From positions 7,385 through 71,384 of the forward strand of contig JAIKVW010000020.1 of assembly GCA_024685315.1 (NCBI GenBank): a DNA stretch of 64,000 bases, written 5' to 3'. Each line of letters starts with the position of its first letter. Position 1 is the first letter of the stretch. Under the pieces are notes generated by a model. The model did not search any database and had not been told where the DNA came from. It saw nothing but the letters and a program-made list of their open reading frames with translations. Made by a program: the position numbers and the translations under genes. Shown piece by piece: positions 8,937 to 18,531 of the stretch. This stretch comes from Lachnospiraceae bacterium (lineage in GTDB: Bacteria; Bacillota; Clostridia; Lachnospirales; Lachnospiraceae).

Positions 8937-9536
8937 TCAGCTTTTTACAAATACCCTAATATTATCCAGGGTGAGCCAGAGCCCTCCCTGCGCCAGCTTT
9001 GAAGTAAGCAGGCTGCCGACGGCAGCCTTATTCGCGCTGACGCTCTTCGCCAGAAGCAGCTCCTGGCGGGTGTGTTCCTGCGAGATCAGGAAATCCTGCA
9101 CATGGTTCAAATAGTATGAAGCCGGGGCCGGATCGATGCCGTTAAACATCGTCGGTGCCGTCCTCTCGTCGTAGTACATCGGAAGCACGTTATTGATCAC
9201 CACGGAAGGCGTGTATGAAGTGATCACGAGCGACACCGCGACGGGCACCGGACCGTCCTTATCCGCCTTCACCGAAAGGTCCCCGACGCGCACCGGACCA
9301 AGCTCCCTCGAGAGCAGCCCTTCCAGCTGGGGTATATAATCGGCCTTATGGCTGTTTACCGCCTCCGCGACCATCTCGTGCTTCTTGCCCTCCGGAAGCT
9401 TCTTGACCATCTTCTGCGCGAGCTTCGGGATCTTTACGCCCCCGGCGAGTTCCGGATTCTGCTTAAGCATCTCCATCATCCGGTCGATCAGACTATTGTA
9501 GTCCACCGACCCGATCTCAAATACGAATTTAATCAT
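8937..9536 (-). CDS. Hypothetical protein, last gene of the peptidase/transpeptidase operon
   Basis: 199-aa ORF starting 1 nt after the stop codon of the upstream gene. I recognise no motif. Confidence 0.55.
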   Translation of the reverse strand: MIKFVFEIGSVDYNSLIDRMMEMLKQNPELAGGVKIPKLAQKMVKKLPEGKKHEMVAEAVNSHKADYIPQLEGLLSRELGPVRVGDLSVKADKDGPVPVAVSLVITSYTPSVVINNVLPMYYDERTAPTMFNGIDPAPASYYLNHVQDFLISQEHTRQELLLAKSVSANKAAVGSLLTSKLAQGGLWLTLDNIRVFVKS

Positions 9537-9537
9537 T

Positions 9538-11010
9538 CTAATCTTCTTCAGGGGCTTTGTACGAGTACGCGTTCGCTACCCTGCAGTTCTCGTTGGTGAG
9601 CTCCACTTCCTCAGTGTAATATGCGATGACCGGAGTGCCTATCGCGATCTCGTTGAAGAGCTGCTCCGCCTGCTCGTCAGGCATATTGACGCAGCCGTGC
9701 GAACCGCTGGTCTTGTAGATCTCGCCGCCGAACTCCGTCCTCCAGTCAGCGTCATGGAAGCCTACGTTGTAGGCAAAAGGCATGAAGAACTTGACTGGCG
9801 ACTCGTAGTCTTCACCGGTAAGGGTGGTGTCCGTCATCACGGTCTTTATGAAGAAAACTCCATCAGGGGAACCGTTCCCGGCGTTAAGATTTCCTGTGAC
9901 CACGTCGCAATCGAGGATGAGCTCTCCGTCCTCGTAGTACCACATGTGCTGTGCTGTGTAGTTGACTTCCGCGTAGGTATTGCCGATATCGTCCTTGCCT
10001 GTCACGAAGGCCCTCTGCTCATAGCAGGGCTCCCTGGTGATGGACTCCCCGGCAAGAATGTCCAGAGCAAGCTGCTCTGCCTCCGCGGGCTTATCGATGA
10101 TCCAGCCGTAATCTCCTCCGCCGATCTCAATGGTACCGCTGTCCGTGGTCTTGAAACTGCGGGTCTCAGAGTAGGTGTTGAATTTGTAGGCAAGCTGCTG
10201 CGCGTACTCGGCGCACATGTCTTCATTTACGGTGATAGAAAGATCCGAATTGATCGTGATCCAGGAAAGGATGGTCTTTCCGTCAAGCACGAGCGAAGAA
10301 CCGTCCGGAGTTTCGTAGGTTATCTTCATAGCCTTGTACTTGTCGGAGACCGCTACCTTGCTGAGCAGATCCGGGTCATCCGAACGCACCTGGGGCTTTG
10401 CGTAGTCGTCATCGGTGAGGACGACCTTGCTCGCCTTCGCAGCGATGGCCGCGCGGATATCGATCAGCACCTGCTCAAGCAGAGGCTTGTTGCCTTCCAC
10501 CTCGGGCACGATCACGTACTCATTGTTCCTGTATTCAACGTAAGCGTCCTTGGGCTCGGTAATATTTTTGGTCTGGAAGATATCCAGGTTCTTTACGGTC
10601 TCGACCAGCTTTTCGTCATCGTAGGAAGTGTGGACCTCTACAGTCTGGTTCTCGACCTTCCTGATGTTCAGTATCCACAGGCCGCTGTTCTGGGCCTCCA
10701 TCAGCTTCTCAACACTGTCGCCGATGTAAGCTGTGTAGTCAATATCCGGGCCGTTGATGTACCTCACCCCGCCGTCCCTGTCATGAACAGCCAGCATGTA
10801 GTCCTGCTCGGCAGAGGTGATTGTTTTTTTGACTTCCTCCACGGTCTTAAACGAATATGACTTCCCGTTGATGGTCGTATCCGGGTAAAAATGATCCGAA
10901 AAATAACGCGCGGCAAAGATGTACCCTGCTGCTATCAACGCGAGCACAACTATAAGGATTATCAGAGGTTTTTTGCTTCGTTTCTTTTTCTTCGAGCTTT
11001 TACCTGCCAT
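9538..11010 (-). CDS. Membrane-anchored L,D-transpeptidase (YkuD domain) family protein
   Basis: 490-aa ORF. Lys-rich N-terminus followed by a TM helix (PLIILIVVLALIAAGYIFAA). C-terminal YkuD catalytic motif GSHGCVNM. Confidence 0.8.
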   Translation of the reverse strand: MAGKSSKKKKRSKKPLIILIVVLALIAAGYIFAARYFSDHFYPDTTINGKSYSFKTVEEVKKTITSAEQDYMLAVHDRDGGVRYINGPDIDYTAYIGDSVEKLMEAQNSGLWILNIRKVENQTVEVHTSYDDEKLVETVKNLDIFQTKNITEPKDAYVEYRNNEYVIVPEVEGNKPLLEQVLIDIRAAIAAKASKVVLTDDDYAKPQVRSDDPDLLSKVAVSDKYKAMKITYETPDGSSLVLDGKTILSWITINSDLSITVNEDMCAEYAQQLAYKFNTYSETRSFKTTDSGTIEIGGGDYGWIIDKPAEAEQLALDILAGESITREPCYEQRAFVTGKDDIGNTYAEVNYTAQHMWYYEDGELILDCDVVTGNLNAGNGSPDGVFFIKTVMTDTTLTGEDYESPVKFFMPFAYNVGFHDADWRTEFGGEIYKTSGSHGCVNMPDEQAEQLFNEIAIGTPVIAYYTEEVELTNENCRVANAYSYKAPEED

Positions 11011-11038
11011 GTGAAATCCTCCGTGTAATTATTATTGT

Positions 11039-13525
11039 TTATCTCTCAAGCGCAGGCGTCCAGTACTCCTCGTTGTAGATGTCCGTGAACCTGTATGAGA
11101 TGAGGAGGGTCGTTCCGCTGGGAACGGAAACGTCGCTGAGCGTGAGGCCATCAGCTCCGTCCTCTCCGACAGTTATCGCGGAGCCAAGCTTGTAGCTTCC
11201 CTCATACTCGCCTTCGAGAGTGTAGTAATCGCAAATGAACTGGATGGTGTCGCCTTCGGCCATTTCAGTCGCTGCCTTGGCTACCTGATCAGTCTCTCCG
11301 TCCGCATAAACCGGGCGCACTCCGGCAACATATCCGCCCTCGTTGCTGCTGTCGTATACGACGATGAGTTCGGACTGGACGTCATTGTAGAGCGCCGGAA
11401 CACGGTAGACTATGGAGTACTCTTCCCCGTTGGTCGTGGTGGACATGCGGTAGCATGCGACAGGCTGGTCATTGATGGCCATCCAGCTGCGGTTATCGTC
11501 CGCGATGAGATTTCCTTCCTCGTCAAACGTAAATATTGTGTCAAGTCCGAGATCGATATATCCGTCATCGTCCTTAACAAATGCGTTCAGCTCAAGGTCA
11601 TGGACGAGTGCCCACTGATCCTCGCTGAGGGTAAGGATATCCTCTCCGTCCTCATTCTGGGTCCAGACGAGCTGTGAGGGATCAAAGCTATTGGCAATAA
11701 TGTACTCAGTGATCTCCTGATCCGTCAGAGACCTACCGCCAAAGAACTGCGAAAATCCGTCCATTCCGGAAACTGATCCGGTGTCCCCGCCGAGGAAGCT
11801 CTGGAGAAGTCCGGAAATAAGATCCGAACTGGAGTAGCCTGAATAATAATCAGAGCTGTTCCCCTGGAAGAGGTATGAAGGGCTTGAGGTGCCGCCGTGG
11901 GATGCCTGGCCGCTGACCTCCATGCTCGCGAATTCCCTTATGCAGGTGGAATAATCGTCGTCCATGCCGATGGACTTATAGGTGCTGACTGCCTTGTCGA
12001 CATAGCTCGTCCTCTGGTAAGGGAAGTAGATCGAGATGCCGTAGGCGTTGGTCATATTGGAAGAGGTACGGTTGTACTTCACCGCGCTCTTAAGAGCGGC
12101 CATGAGCTCGGAGCCCTCGGTATTGCCGATCTGCATCGCGAAATGATAAAGGTCGATCTGGTCGATCCTGGAGCTTGTCGCGAACTCCCTGGTCTGGTTC
12201 CTGGCGTTCGATACGGTCCTGTACTGCCCGTCCTTCGTGATCATTTCAGTGATGCTTCTCGCAAATGCGTTAAGCGCGTCCGGAACCGCATAGGAGAACT
12301 CTGCAAGGTCAGTCACGGAAAGAGTTGCGGCCTGTCCGTAGCACTGCGATGCGCAGGTCTTTACAAAGCTGTCTACTATAGTCTGTCCAAGCTCGGGAGT
12401 CGAGATGGAAGTATTCTGGATCAGGGCCTTGAGCCAGTCGGTATAGTACCAGCCGATTCCGGGCTCGGTCTCCTCAGAGGCTATCATGTAGTCAGCGTAG
12501 GGCTCAAGCATGAACGCGGTCTCGGCCGTAGCCATGAGGCAGGCATCGAATCCGATAAAATCAAAGGTAACCCCGCCGTCCTCAAGCGCGGTCTGGATCC
12601 CGTCGAGAGTCATCGAACCGCTTGAGGAATACTTCTCGTCATATCCGTAGCCGCTGACAGATCCGCCGCCGTGATCCCAGAGTATCAGCTCATAGCGGTT
12701 CGCTTCGTAATTCTCAGCGCAGAACTGTATAAACGAGCTGAGAGTCGAGGGATTCGTCATAGAGGCCTTTCCGGCGTTGCTGACCAAGGGGGTGAGCTTG
12801 CCGGGTCCGACCTCATAAATCTGGTTGACACTGCTGTCAACTATATTGTTCCTCCAGCTCCTGCAGCCGCCGGTATAAACAATGAGGTTCACATTGCTGC
12901 CTTCTATGATACCAGAAGCCATTTCCTGTAAGTCCTTCGTAGCCATTCCGTTCTGGGACTCAAGGTCGGTACCGCACATGTAAATCATGATGGTGACTAC
13001 GTCCTCGCCGTTCCCGAGGATTCTCGTCCTCTTGTCCCTTGCCTTTGCAGAAACTTCCGTGTTAAGCGATGCCTGCTGGGCATCCGTATCCGACCAGCCG
13101 GTGCTGATAGAGGAGTTTCCGGCATACAGTCCAAGCGACGACAGATCGGTGGACGTACTGCTTGCGCTGCCCGATGTGCTGCTGCCGTAGCTCTCGCCCG
13201 TCATGGGGTTATATCCGCCGATCAGGTTCGCGCCGCCGCCCATGAAGAAGAAAACGAGAACTATTACCACGGCGGCAAGGATGATCTGCTTGCCGTTTAC
13301 TGCGGTTTTATATCGTTCGGCCCGGGCACGGTCCTCTGCTTCATTTTTTTTTATTCTTTCCTGGCGGTCTTCCTCGAAGGCGCGCCTTTTCTCCTGCTTC
13401 TGCTCTTTGCGGCTCTTGTATCCGTCAGAAGAGCCAACAGGCCCGTTCGTCTCGACCTTGTCGCCCTTGGAAAAATTCCCGGTAGTTCCGCTTTCATTCC
13501 TCTTTCTTCCGGTCGGTCTGTCCAT
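11039..13525 (-). CDS. Clostripain-related cysteine peptidase (C11 family) with N-terminal basic region and TM helix
   Basis: 828-aa ORF. His/Cys dyad context LILWDHGGGS ... FIGFDACLMA typical of the C11 family. TM segment IILAAVVIVLVFFFMGG. Confidence 0.8.
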   Translation of the reverse strand: MDRPTGRKRNESGTTGNFSKGDKVETNGPVGSSDGYKSRKEQKQEKRRAFEEDRQERIKKNEAEDRARAERYKTAVNGKQIILAAVVIVLVFFFMGGGANLIGGYNPMTGESYGSSTSGSASSTSTDLSSLGLYAGNSSISTGWSDTDAQQASLNTEVSAKARDKRTRILGNGEDVVTIMIYMCGTDLESQNGMATKDLQEMASGIIEGSNVNLIVYTGGCRSWRNNIVDSSVNQIYEVGPGKLTPLVSNAGKASMTNPSTLSSFIQFCAENYEANRYELILWDHGGGSVSGYGYDEKYSSSGSMTLDGIQTALEDGGVTFDFIGFDACLMATAETAFMLEPYADYMIASEETEPGIGWYYTDWLKALIQNTSISTPELGQTIVDSFVKTCASQCYGQAATLSVTDLAEFSYAVPDALNAFARSITEMITKDGQYRTVSNARNQTREFATSSRIDQIDLYHFAMQIGNTEGSELMAALKSAVKYNRTSSNMTNAYGISIYFPYQRTSYVDKAVSTYKSIGMDDDYSTCIREFASMEVSGQASHGGTSSPSYLFQGNSSDYYSGYSSSDLISGLLQSFLGGDTGSVSGMDGFSQFFGGRSLTDQEITEYIIANSFDPSQLVWTQNEDGEDILTLSEDQWALVHDLELNAFVKDDDGYIDLGLDTIFTFDEEGNLIADDNRSWMAINDQPVACYRMSTTTNGEEYSIVYRVPALYNDVQSELIVVYDSSNEGGYVAGVRPVYADGETDQVAKAATEMAEGDTIQFICDYYTLEGEYEGSYKLGSAITVGEDGADGLTLSDVSVPSGTTLLISYRFTDIYNEEYWTPALER

Positions 13526-13577
13526 AATTCCCTCCGTAAACTCTTGCTGTATTACCTGTGAAGTGTCATCTGTATAG

Positions 13578-14174
13578 TTACAGTAATGTGTCTATATCTG
13601 TCAGATCCGGAAAAGCCTTTACTTGTTCCGGGCTTTCCGGCCTGTCTCCCTCGAAAAGTGCCTTCTCCATGAAGATCATGTCATACCAGGTGCCGAACTT
13701 GTAGCCGCATTTCCTGAAGCGGCCGCAGGTGCGGTACCCCATGCTGTAATGGAAAAGGGGGCTGGAATTATCCAGATTCACGTCCTCTCCCTCAGCGATG
13801 CCGATGCAGGCATACAAAATCTGGATATTCTGGGCTCTCGAGACCCTCTCGAGCCTCTCGTACAGGGCTTTCCCGAGCCCCTGCCCTTTTGCGTCCCAGC
13901 GAAGGTATATCGTTGTCTCGGCGGTCCATGCGTATGCGCTCTGCGGCCTGAACGGCCCTGTACAGGCATAGCCGTCGATCCTTCCGCCTTCAGCCTCGGC
14001 CACAATGCAGGGATACTTTTCCAGATTCCTCACGAGCCTCTCCCTGAACTCGTCTAAGTCCGGGACATTATACTCAAAAGTCACCGCCGTGCCCCGCACA
14101 TACGGCGCGTAGATCTCAAGCAGCTGCGCCGCGTCATCCGGGACCGCAGCCCTGAAAATATAATTGCTGTCCAT
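13578..14174 (-). CDS. GNAT N-acetyltransferase (phosphinothricin acetyltransferase-like)
   Basis: 198-aa ORF. RAAVPDDAAQLLEIYAPYV...TFE start and QGLGKALYERL acetyl-CoA loop. Confidence 0.8.
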   Translation of the reverse strand: MDSNYIFRAAVPDDAAQLLEIYAPYVRGTAVTFEYNVPDLDEFRERLVRNLEKYPCIVAEAEGGRIDGYACTGPFRPQSAYAWTAETTIYLRWDAKGQGLGKALYERLERVSRAQNIQILYACIGIAEGEDVNLDNSSPLFHYSMGYRTCGRFRKCGYKFGTWYDMIFMEKALFEGDRPESPEQVKAFPDLTDIDTLL

Positions 14175-14198
14175 CTGGCTCTGCCTCCGCTGCCGGCA

Positions 14199-15155
14199 TC
14201 AGAAGCTGCAGACGTTCTCCGGGCTTCCCTTGATCCAGGAGGCCACGTTGCTGAACTCTATGATGCCGCGTCTTACCATCGCTTCCTTGGTGAGGAATCC
14301 CACGTGAGGCATGAGCACGGTATTCTTCGCGGATACCAGAGGATAATCCGCAGGGATCGGGGGCTCCATGTCAAATACGTCTATCCCTGCTCCTGCGATC
14401 CTGCCGGCGTTAAGCGCCTCTGCAAGGGCTTCGTTGTCCACGATCGGGCCGCGCGCGCAGTTTATCAGGATGCTGCCGGGCTTCATTGCATTGATCTGCT
14501 CCCTGCCAAAGAACCCCTTAGTGGAAGCGTTATTCGGCATATTTATGGAAATGATGTCGCATTTCTCAAGGATCTCCTCGACGCTCGCGGGGATGAATCC
14601 CTCTTCCTTCCACTCCGGACGCTCGTGGCGGGCATATGCAAGGACTTCTGCGCCGAAAGCCTTGAAAAGCTTTCCGGTCTGGATCCCGATCGTGCCGCAT
14701 CCGAGGATGCCCACGGTCTTCCCTGCAATCTCAAGGCCCGTAAGGCCCGCGCTGGTCTTTCCGCCGCGGACCGCGCTGTCGCCCTCAAGGAGCTTCCTGT
14801 AAACAGCCAGCGTAAGCCCGATGACTTCCTCAGCGACCGATACGGTCGAATAGCCCGCGCAGTTCAGGACCATGATCCCTTTCTCACGGCAGGCTTCCAG
14901 GCCCACATGATCGATGCCAGTGAAAGCTACGGCTATCATTTTGAGATCCGGCAGCGCCCTTACGACCTCGTCGGGATAAGGATTATTCGCGATCATTACC
15001 GCGTCCTGCCCTTCCGAGCGGCGTATAAGCTCCGCGGGATCGGTCGTCTTAGTATCATAATAGGTAAACTCTGCTCCGAGAGAACGGATCTCCTTCGCAA
15101 GCTCTTCTATTTCGTCAAAAGTGAGCCCGATAGGCTCGAGAAGGCTAATTTTCAT
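14199..15155 (-). CDS. D-isomer-specific 2-hydroxyacid dehydrogenase, NAD-binding
   Basis: 318-aa ORF. GKTVGILGCGTIGIQTGKL Rossmann loop, NCARGPIVD and DVFDMEP blocks. Confidence 0.85.
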   Translation of the reverse strand: MKISLLEPIGLTFDEIEELAKEIRSLGAEFTYYDTKTTDPAELIRRSEGQDAVMIANNPYPDEVVRALPDLKMIAVAFTGIDHVGLEACREKGIMVLNCAGYSTVSVAEEVIGLTLAVYRKLLEGDSAVRGGKTSAGLTGLEIAGKTVGILGCGTIGIQTGKLFKAFGAEVLAYARHERPEWKEEGFIPASVEEILEKCDIISINMPNNASTKGFFGREQINAMKPGSILINCARGPIVDNEALAEALNAGRIAGAGIDVFDMEPPIPADYPLVSAKNTVLMPHVGFLTKEAMVRRGIIEFSNVASWIKGSPENVCSF

Positions 15156-15237
15156 GATGCTCTGCCTCCCTTCATATAAGAAGTAAATGGTTGTGTTTCA
15201 TTTTATCACAATACTGCCGTTTTTGCGAGTATATGCT

Positions 15238-15492
15238 TTACAGGTTTTTGCCGATGAGCTCCATCTTCTGCTCACGTGTGAGCTGCTTCAGCGCAAATTC
15301 GCGCTTCATAGCCTCTTCCTTCGTCGCAAAAGTTTCGTGGTAGACCATCTCCACCGGGCGGCGGGACCTCGTGTATTTTGCGCCGTTCCCGCTGTTATGG
15401 GCCTTCAGGCGCTTCTCGAGGTCATTCGTCCAGCCTGTATACAGCGAACCGTCGGCACATTTAAGAATATATACAAAATTATCTTCCATCAC
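15238..15492 (-). CDS. GIY-YIG nuclease-family small protein
   Basis: 84-aa ORF. FVYILKCADGSLYTGWTNDLEKRLKAHN is a classic GIY-YIG (UPF0213) signature. Its start overlaps the stop of the upstream gene by 4 nt. Confidence 0.85.
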   Translation of the reverse strand: MMEDNFVYILKCADGSLYTGWTNDLEKRLKAHNSGNGAKYTRSRRPVEMVYHETFATKEEAMKREFALKQLTREQKMELIGKNL

Positions 15493-16244
15493 ACGTACCT
15501 CTCCGCCACTATGCTGCTCTTGCCCTTCTTGGTAATGTGTGAGAGCCCTGCGTACCTGAACCTTCCGAATCCTCTCACGGAAATGATGTCGCCTTCCTTC
15601 GGGACATAGGTCCGGTCCGGCGTCATTTTCCCGTTCACGAACACCCGCTCCGCGCGGAAAAGGTCCGCCGCGCGGGTCCTCGGGAGCTTTAAGATATGCG
15701 CGATCACAGCGTCGAGTCTCTCGGAGCTCACCTGCACTTCCACACGCATTAGCTTCGGCCGGATGTCCTGCGGAACTTCATCCGCCCCCTCGCAGGATAC
15801 ATTTGTATGCCTTACCCTTACGAGATTTTCAATAATATAGTCCGCGATCTTCTCTTCGCAGAAAAGGTACCCGGTCGTGCCGTCCGTGATAATATCCCCG
15901 GTCACCTTGCGGTCTATTCCAAGATTCAGCACCGCCCCCAGGTAATCCCGGTGGCTCAGCTTGTCGGAAAACTTCACGCTCCCCTGCGAGATCTTTATTA
16001 TCTTTATCGGAAAAGGCTCTTCGCAGCCCGCGCTCTCCGGATCCCCAAAGCGGACCATCACCCTCTCCGCGCTCTCGTGGCCGCCGTAAGCTTCGTAGGG
16101 GGAGCTGTAGGGGCCCTCCCGGATCAGGTCGGAATACTCACTTTCGGAAAGAAAATCCGTAAAGCAGTAAGTCCCCCTGTCCGCGGCCGCCTCCGCGAGA
16201 TCGTGCAGCCGCTTAATAAACTGTTTTTCATCATCTGTCCGCAT
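15489..16244 (-). CDS. ylmH: YlmH-like RNA-binding protein with S4 domain
   Basis: C-terminal S4 motif (ERLDAVIAHILKLPRTRAADLFRAERVFVNGK). Start placed at the internal ATG 16242-16244 (MRTDDEKQF), preceded by AGAGGTGG. The ORF-track start at 16286 looks like an extension. Confidence 0.7.
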   Translation of the reverse strand: MRTDDEKQFIKRLHDLAEAAADRGTYCFTDFLSESEYSDLIREGPYSSPYEAYGGHESAERVMVRFGDPESAGCEEPFPIKIIKISQGSVKFSDKLSHRDYLGAVLNLGIDRKVTGDIITDGTTGYLFCEEKIADYIIENLVRVRHTNVSCEGADEVPQDIRPKLMRVEVQVSSERLDAVIAHILKLPRTRAADLFRAERVFVNGKMTPDRTYVPKEGDIISVRGFGRFRYAGLSHITKKGKSSIVAERYV

Positions 16245-16342
16245 TAGACCACCTCTGCCCTCCGGGCATGATAAACCTCTCACCAATTATATCATATGTG
16301 GTAAAATATCCCTCAGGAGAATAAGTTCAAGGAGAAATCACC

Positions 16343-18433
16343 ATGAATAAGATCGAAATCAATGACCTTCTGTCATTTCGTTTCCCTGAAAACGCGCGGT
16401 TCAATCCGGAAGGCAGCTGCCTTGCCTGGCAGGCGGCATCCTGCGACGCGAAGGAGAACCGCTACACCCGCGATGTCTATATATACAGGGACGGCCGCAC
16501 AGTGAAGATGACTTCGGGCGGCAATTCTTCGCTCCTCGCCTGGGAAGACAGCGGGACCATGATCCTTGTGAAACAGATAAAGGATGACAAGAGCGGCCTG
16601 ACGCATCTGTTTAAGCTGAGTATTAACGGCGGAGAGGCGCAGCCCTGGATAGACCTGCCCCTCCCGGCGGAAGAGCTGATCCCCTGCGGGGATTCGTATA
16701 TTCTCAGGGCTCACATCGACGCAAATGACCCCGACGCCTATCTGGATGACCCGGAGACCGCCAAAAAGAAGGCTGATGCGAAGAAGGAAAGCCTCGAATC
16801 CGACTACGAAGTCCTGGACGAAGTGCCCTACTGGTTCAATGGAGCAGGCTTCATGAACAAAAAGCGCTCAGCGCTGTTCATTATGAGCCCCTGGAAAAAC
16901 GATGGATCTTCACCTGCGATCAAGGATCTCTCCTCTTCCGAAAACGAGGGATTTAGCCTGAAACGCATCACCGGGCCGCTGTTTGACGCCGGCGCAGCAA
17001 GGCTTAAGGACAAAAAGCTCTTCTTCACCGGCGGCGACCGCGGGAGCCGGATGACTTTTTACAACAGTTTATTCGTATATGATCTTGATAAAGATGAGCA
17101 GGAAGCGCTCTATGACAGGGAAGATCTCTCGATAAGCGACGTGATCCCTCTCGGAGGAAAAATATTTATCGAAGCTTCCGACATGAAGGAGTACGGTGTG
17201 AACGAGACCGCTCACATCTTTGAGCTCACGGAAAAGAATACCCTGAAGGACTGCGGAAAGCCCGAAGTGCAGCTTGGGAACAGCGTTGTCGGGGACTGCA
17301 CCCTCGGCGGCGGCAAGGGCCGCGTGATCTCCGGAGATGTCTGGTACACCCTGGCCACAGTAGAGGACCACAATGAGATATTCGCCTACGACGCAGATAT
17401 GAACCGCAGCTCGGTACTCTCCTTTGGCGCCCAGATCCCTTTCTTCGATGTCTGCGATGGAAAGATCGCCTTCTGCGCCTCGGACAGCACGCACCTTCCT
17501 GAAATATATCTTGCAGATCTCGCCTCGATGGACGCCGCCGCAAGCGGCAGGCAGAACGTCTCGCACCTTAACGATAAGGTCCTCGAGGGAAAATACGTCG
17601 CGCTTCCCGAGCGCATAGACTACTCCTCCTGCGGGCTCGATCTCCACGGCTGGGTCCTGCTCCCCGAAGGATACAAAGAAGCGGTTTCAGATGGCACAGA
17701 TAAGCTGTTCCCGGCAGTGCTCGACGTTCACGGCGGCCCCCGCTGCGTCTACAGCACCCAGTATTTCCACGAAATGCAGGTCTGGGTGTCCCGCGGCTAC
17801 GTGGTAATGTTCACCAATATCAAGGGCTCCGACGGACGCGGCGACGAATTCGCCGACATCCGCGGAGATTACGGCGGGACCGACTTCCAAAACCTCATGG
17901 ATTTCGTCGACACGGTTCTTGAAAAATATCCAAATATCGACAAAAACCGGCTCTGCGAGACAGGCGGAAGCTATGGCGGCTTCATGACCAACTGGATCAT
18001 CACCCACACCGACCGTTTCTGCGCGGCAGCGAGCCAGCGCTCCATAGCAAACTGGGTATCCATGTCTCTAATCTCGGACATCGGCCCCTGGTTCGGCCCT
18101 GACCAGTGCATAAGGGAGATCCATTTTACCGACAGCTCCGCCCGTATCTGCTCGCCGGAAGTCGTCGAAAAGCTCTGGGACCGCTCGCCGCTTAAATACG
18201 CGGAAAACGTCTCGACGCCAACGCTCTTTATCCACAGCGACCAGGATTACCGCTGCCCGATGCCTGAAGGGATGCAGATGATGCAGGCTCTCTCGGTGCA
18301 CGGCGTTCCGGCAAGGCTGGTGCTCTTCCACGGTGAGAACCACGAGCTCTCCCGCGGAGGCAAGCCTCTCCACAGGATCAGGAGGCTCACCGAGATCTCG
18401 GACTGGTTCGACAAGTACGCAAAAGAGAATTGA
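16343..18433 (+). CDS. S9-family serine peptidase (prolyl oligopeptidase / acylaminoacyl-peptidase type)
   Basis: 696-aa ORF. Beta-propeller-like N-terminal half, nucleophile elbow GGSYGGFMTNW and a later HSDQDYRCP block. AAGGAGA RBS before the ATG. Confidence 0.85.
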   Translation: MNKIEINDLLSFRFPENARFNPEGSCLAWQAASCDAKENRYTRDVYIYRDGRTVKMTSGGNSSLLAWEDSGTMILVKQIKDDKSGLTHLFKLSINGGEAQPWIDLPLPAEELIPCGDSYILRAHIDANDPDAYLDDPETAKKKADAKKESLESDYEVLDEVPYWFNGAGFMNKKRSALFIMSPWKNDGSSPAIKDLSSSENEGFSLKRITGPLFDAGAARLKDKKLFFTGGDRGSRMTFYNSLFVYDLDKDEQEALYDREDLSISDVIPLGGKIFIEASDMKEYGVNETAHIFELTEKNTLKDCGKPEVQLGNSVVGDCTLGGGKGRVISGDVWYTLATVEDHNEIFAYDADMNRSSVLSFGAQIPFFDVCDGKIAFCASDSTHLPEIYLADLASMDAAASGRQNVSHLNDKVLEGKYVALPERIDYSSCGLDLHGWVLLPEGYKEAVSDGTDKLFPAVLDVHGGPRCVYSTQYFHEMQVWVSRGYVVMFTNIKGSDGRGDEFADIRGDYGGTDFQNLMDFVDTVLEKYPNIDKNRLCETGGSYGGFMTNWIITHTDRFCAAASQRSIANWVSMSLISDIGPWFGPDQCIREIHFTDSSARICSPEVVEKLWDRSPLKYAENVSTPTLFIHSDQDYRCPMPEGMQMMQALSVHGVPARLVLFHGENHELSRGGKPLHRIRRLTEISDWFDKYAKEN

Positions 18434-18473
18434 CCGGCAGCAGTTCAAGTCCCACTGCCGGCATAACAAAAAG

Positions 18474-18510
18474 TACCGCCGGTTCAAATTGAACCGGCGG
18501 TATTCTTTTA
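18474..18510. terminator. Bidirectional terminator between convergent S9 peptidase and etfA
   Basis: 29-nt perfect palindrome TACCGCCGGTTCAAATTGAACCGGCGGTA (18474-18502), followed by TTCTTTT and preceded by an A-run. Confidence 0.6.
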
Positions 18511-18531
18511 ATCATCCTGTGGAGAGAGATT

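Noticed and set aside
9697-10860. 387-aa + strand ORF
   Set aside because: It lies entirely antisense to the L,D-transpeptidase gene, which has a clear YkuD motif. No motifs, shadow-ORF composition.
14304-15179. 291-aa + strand ORF
   Set aside because: Antisense to the 2-hydroxyacid dehydrogenase gene. Shadow ORF.
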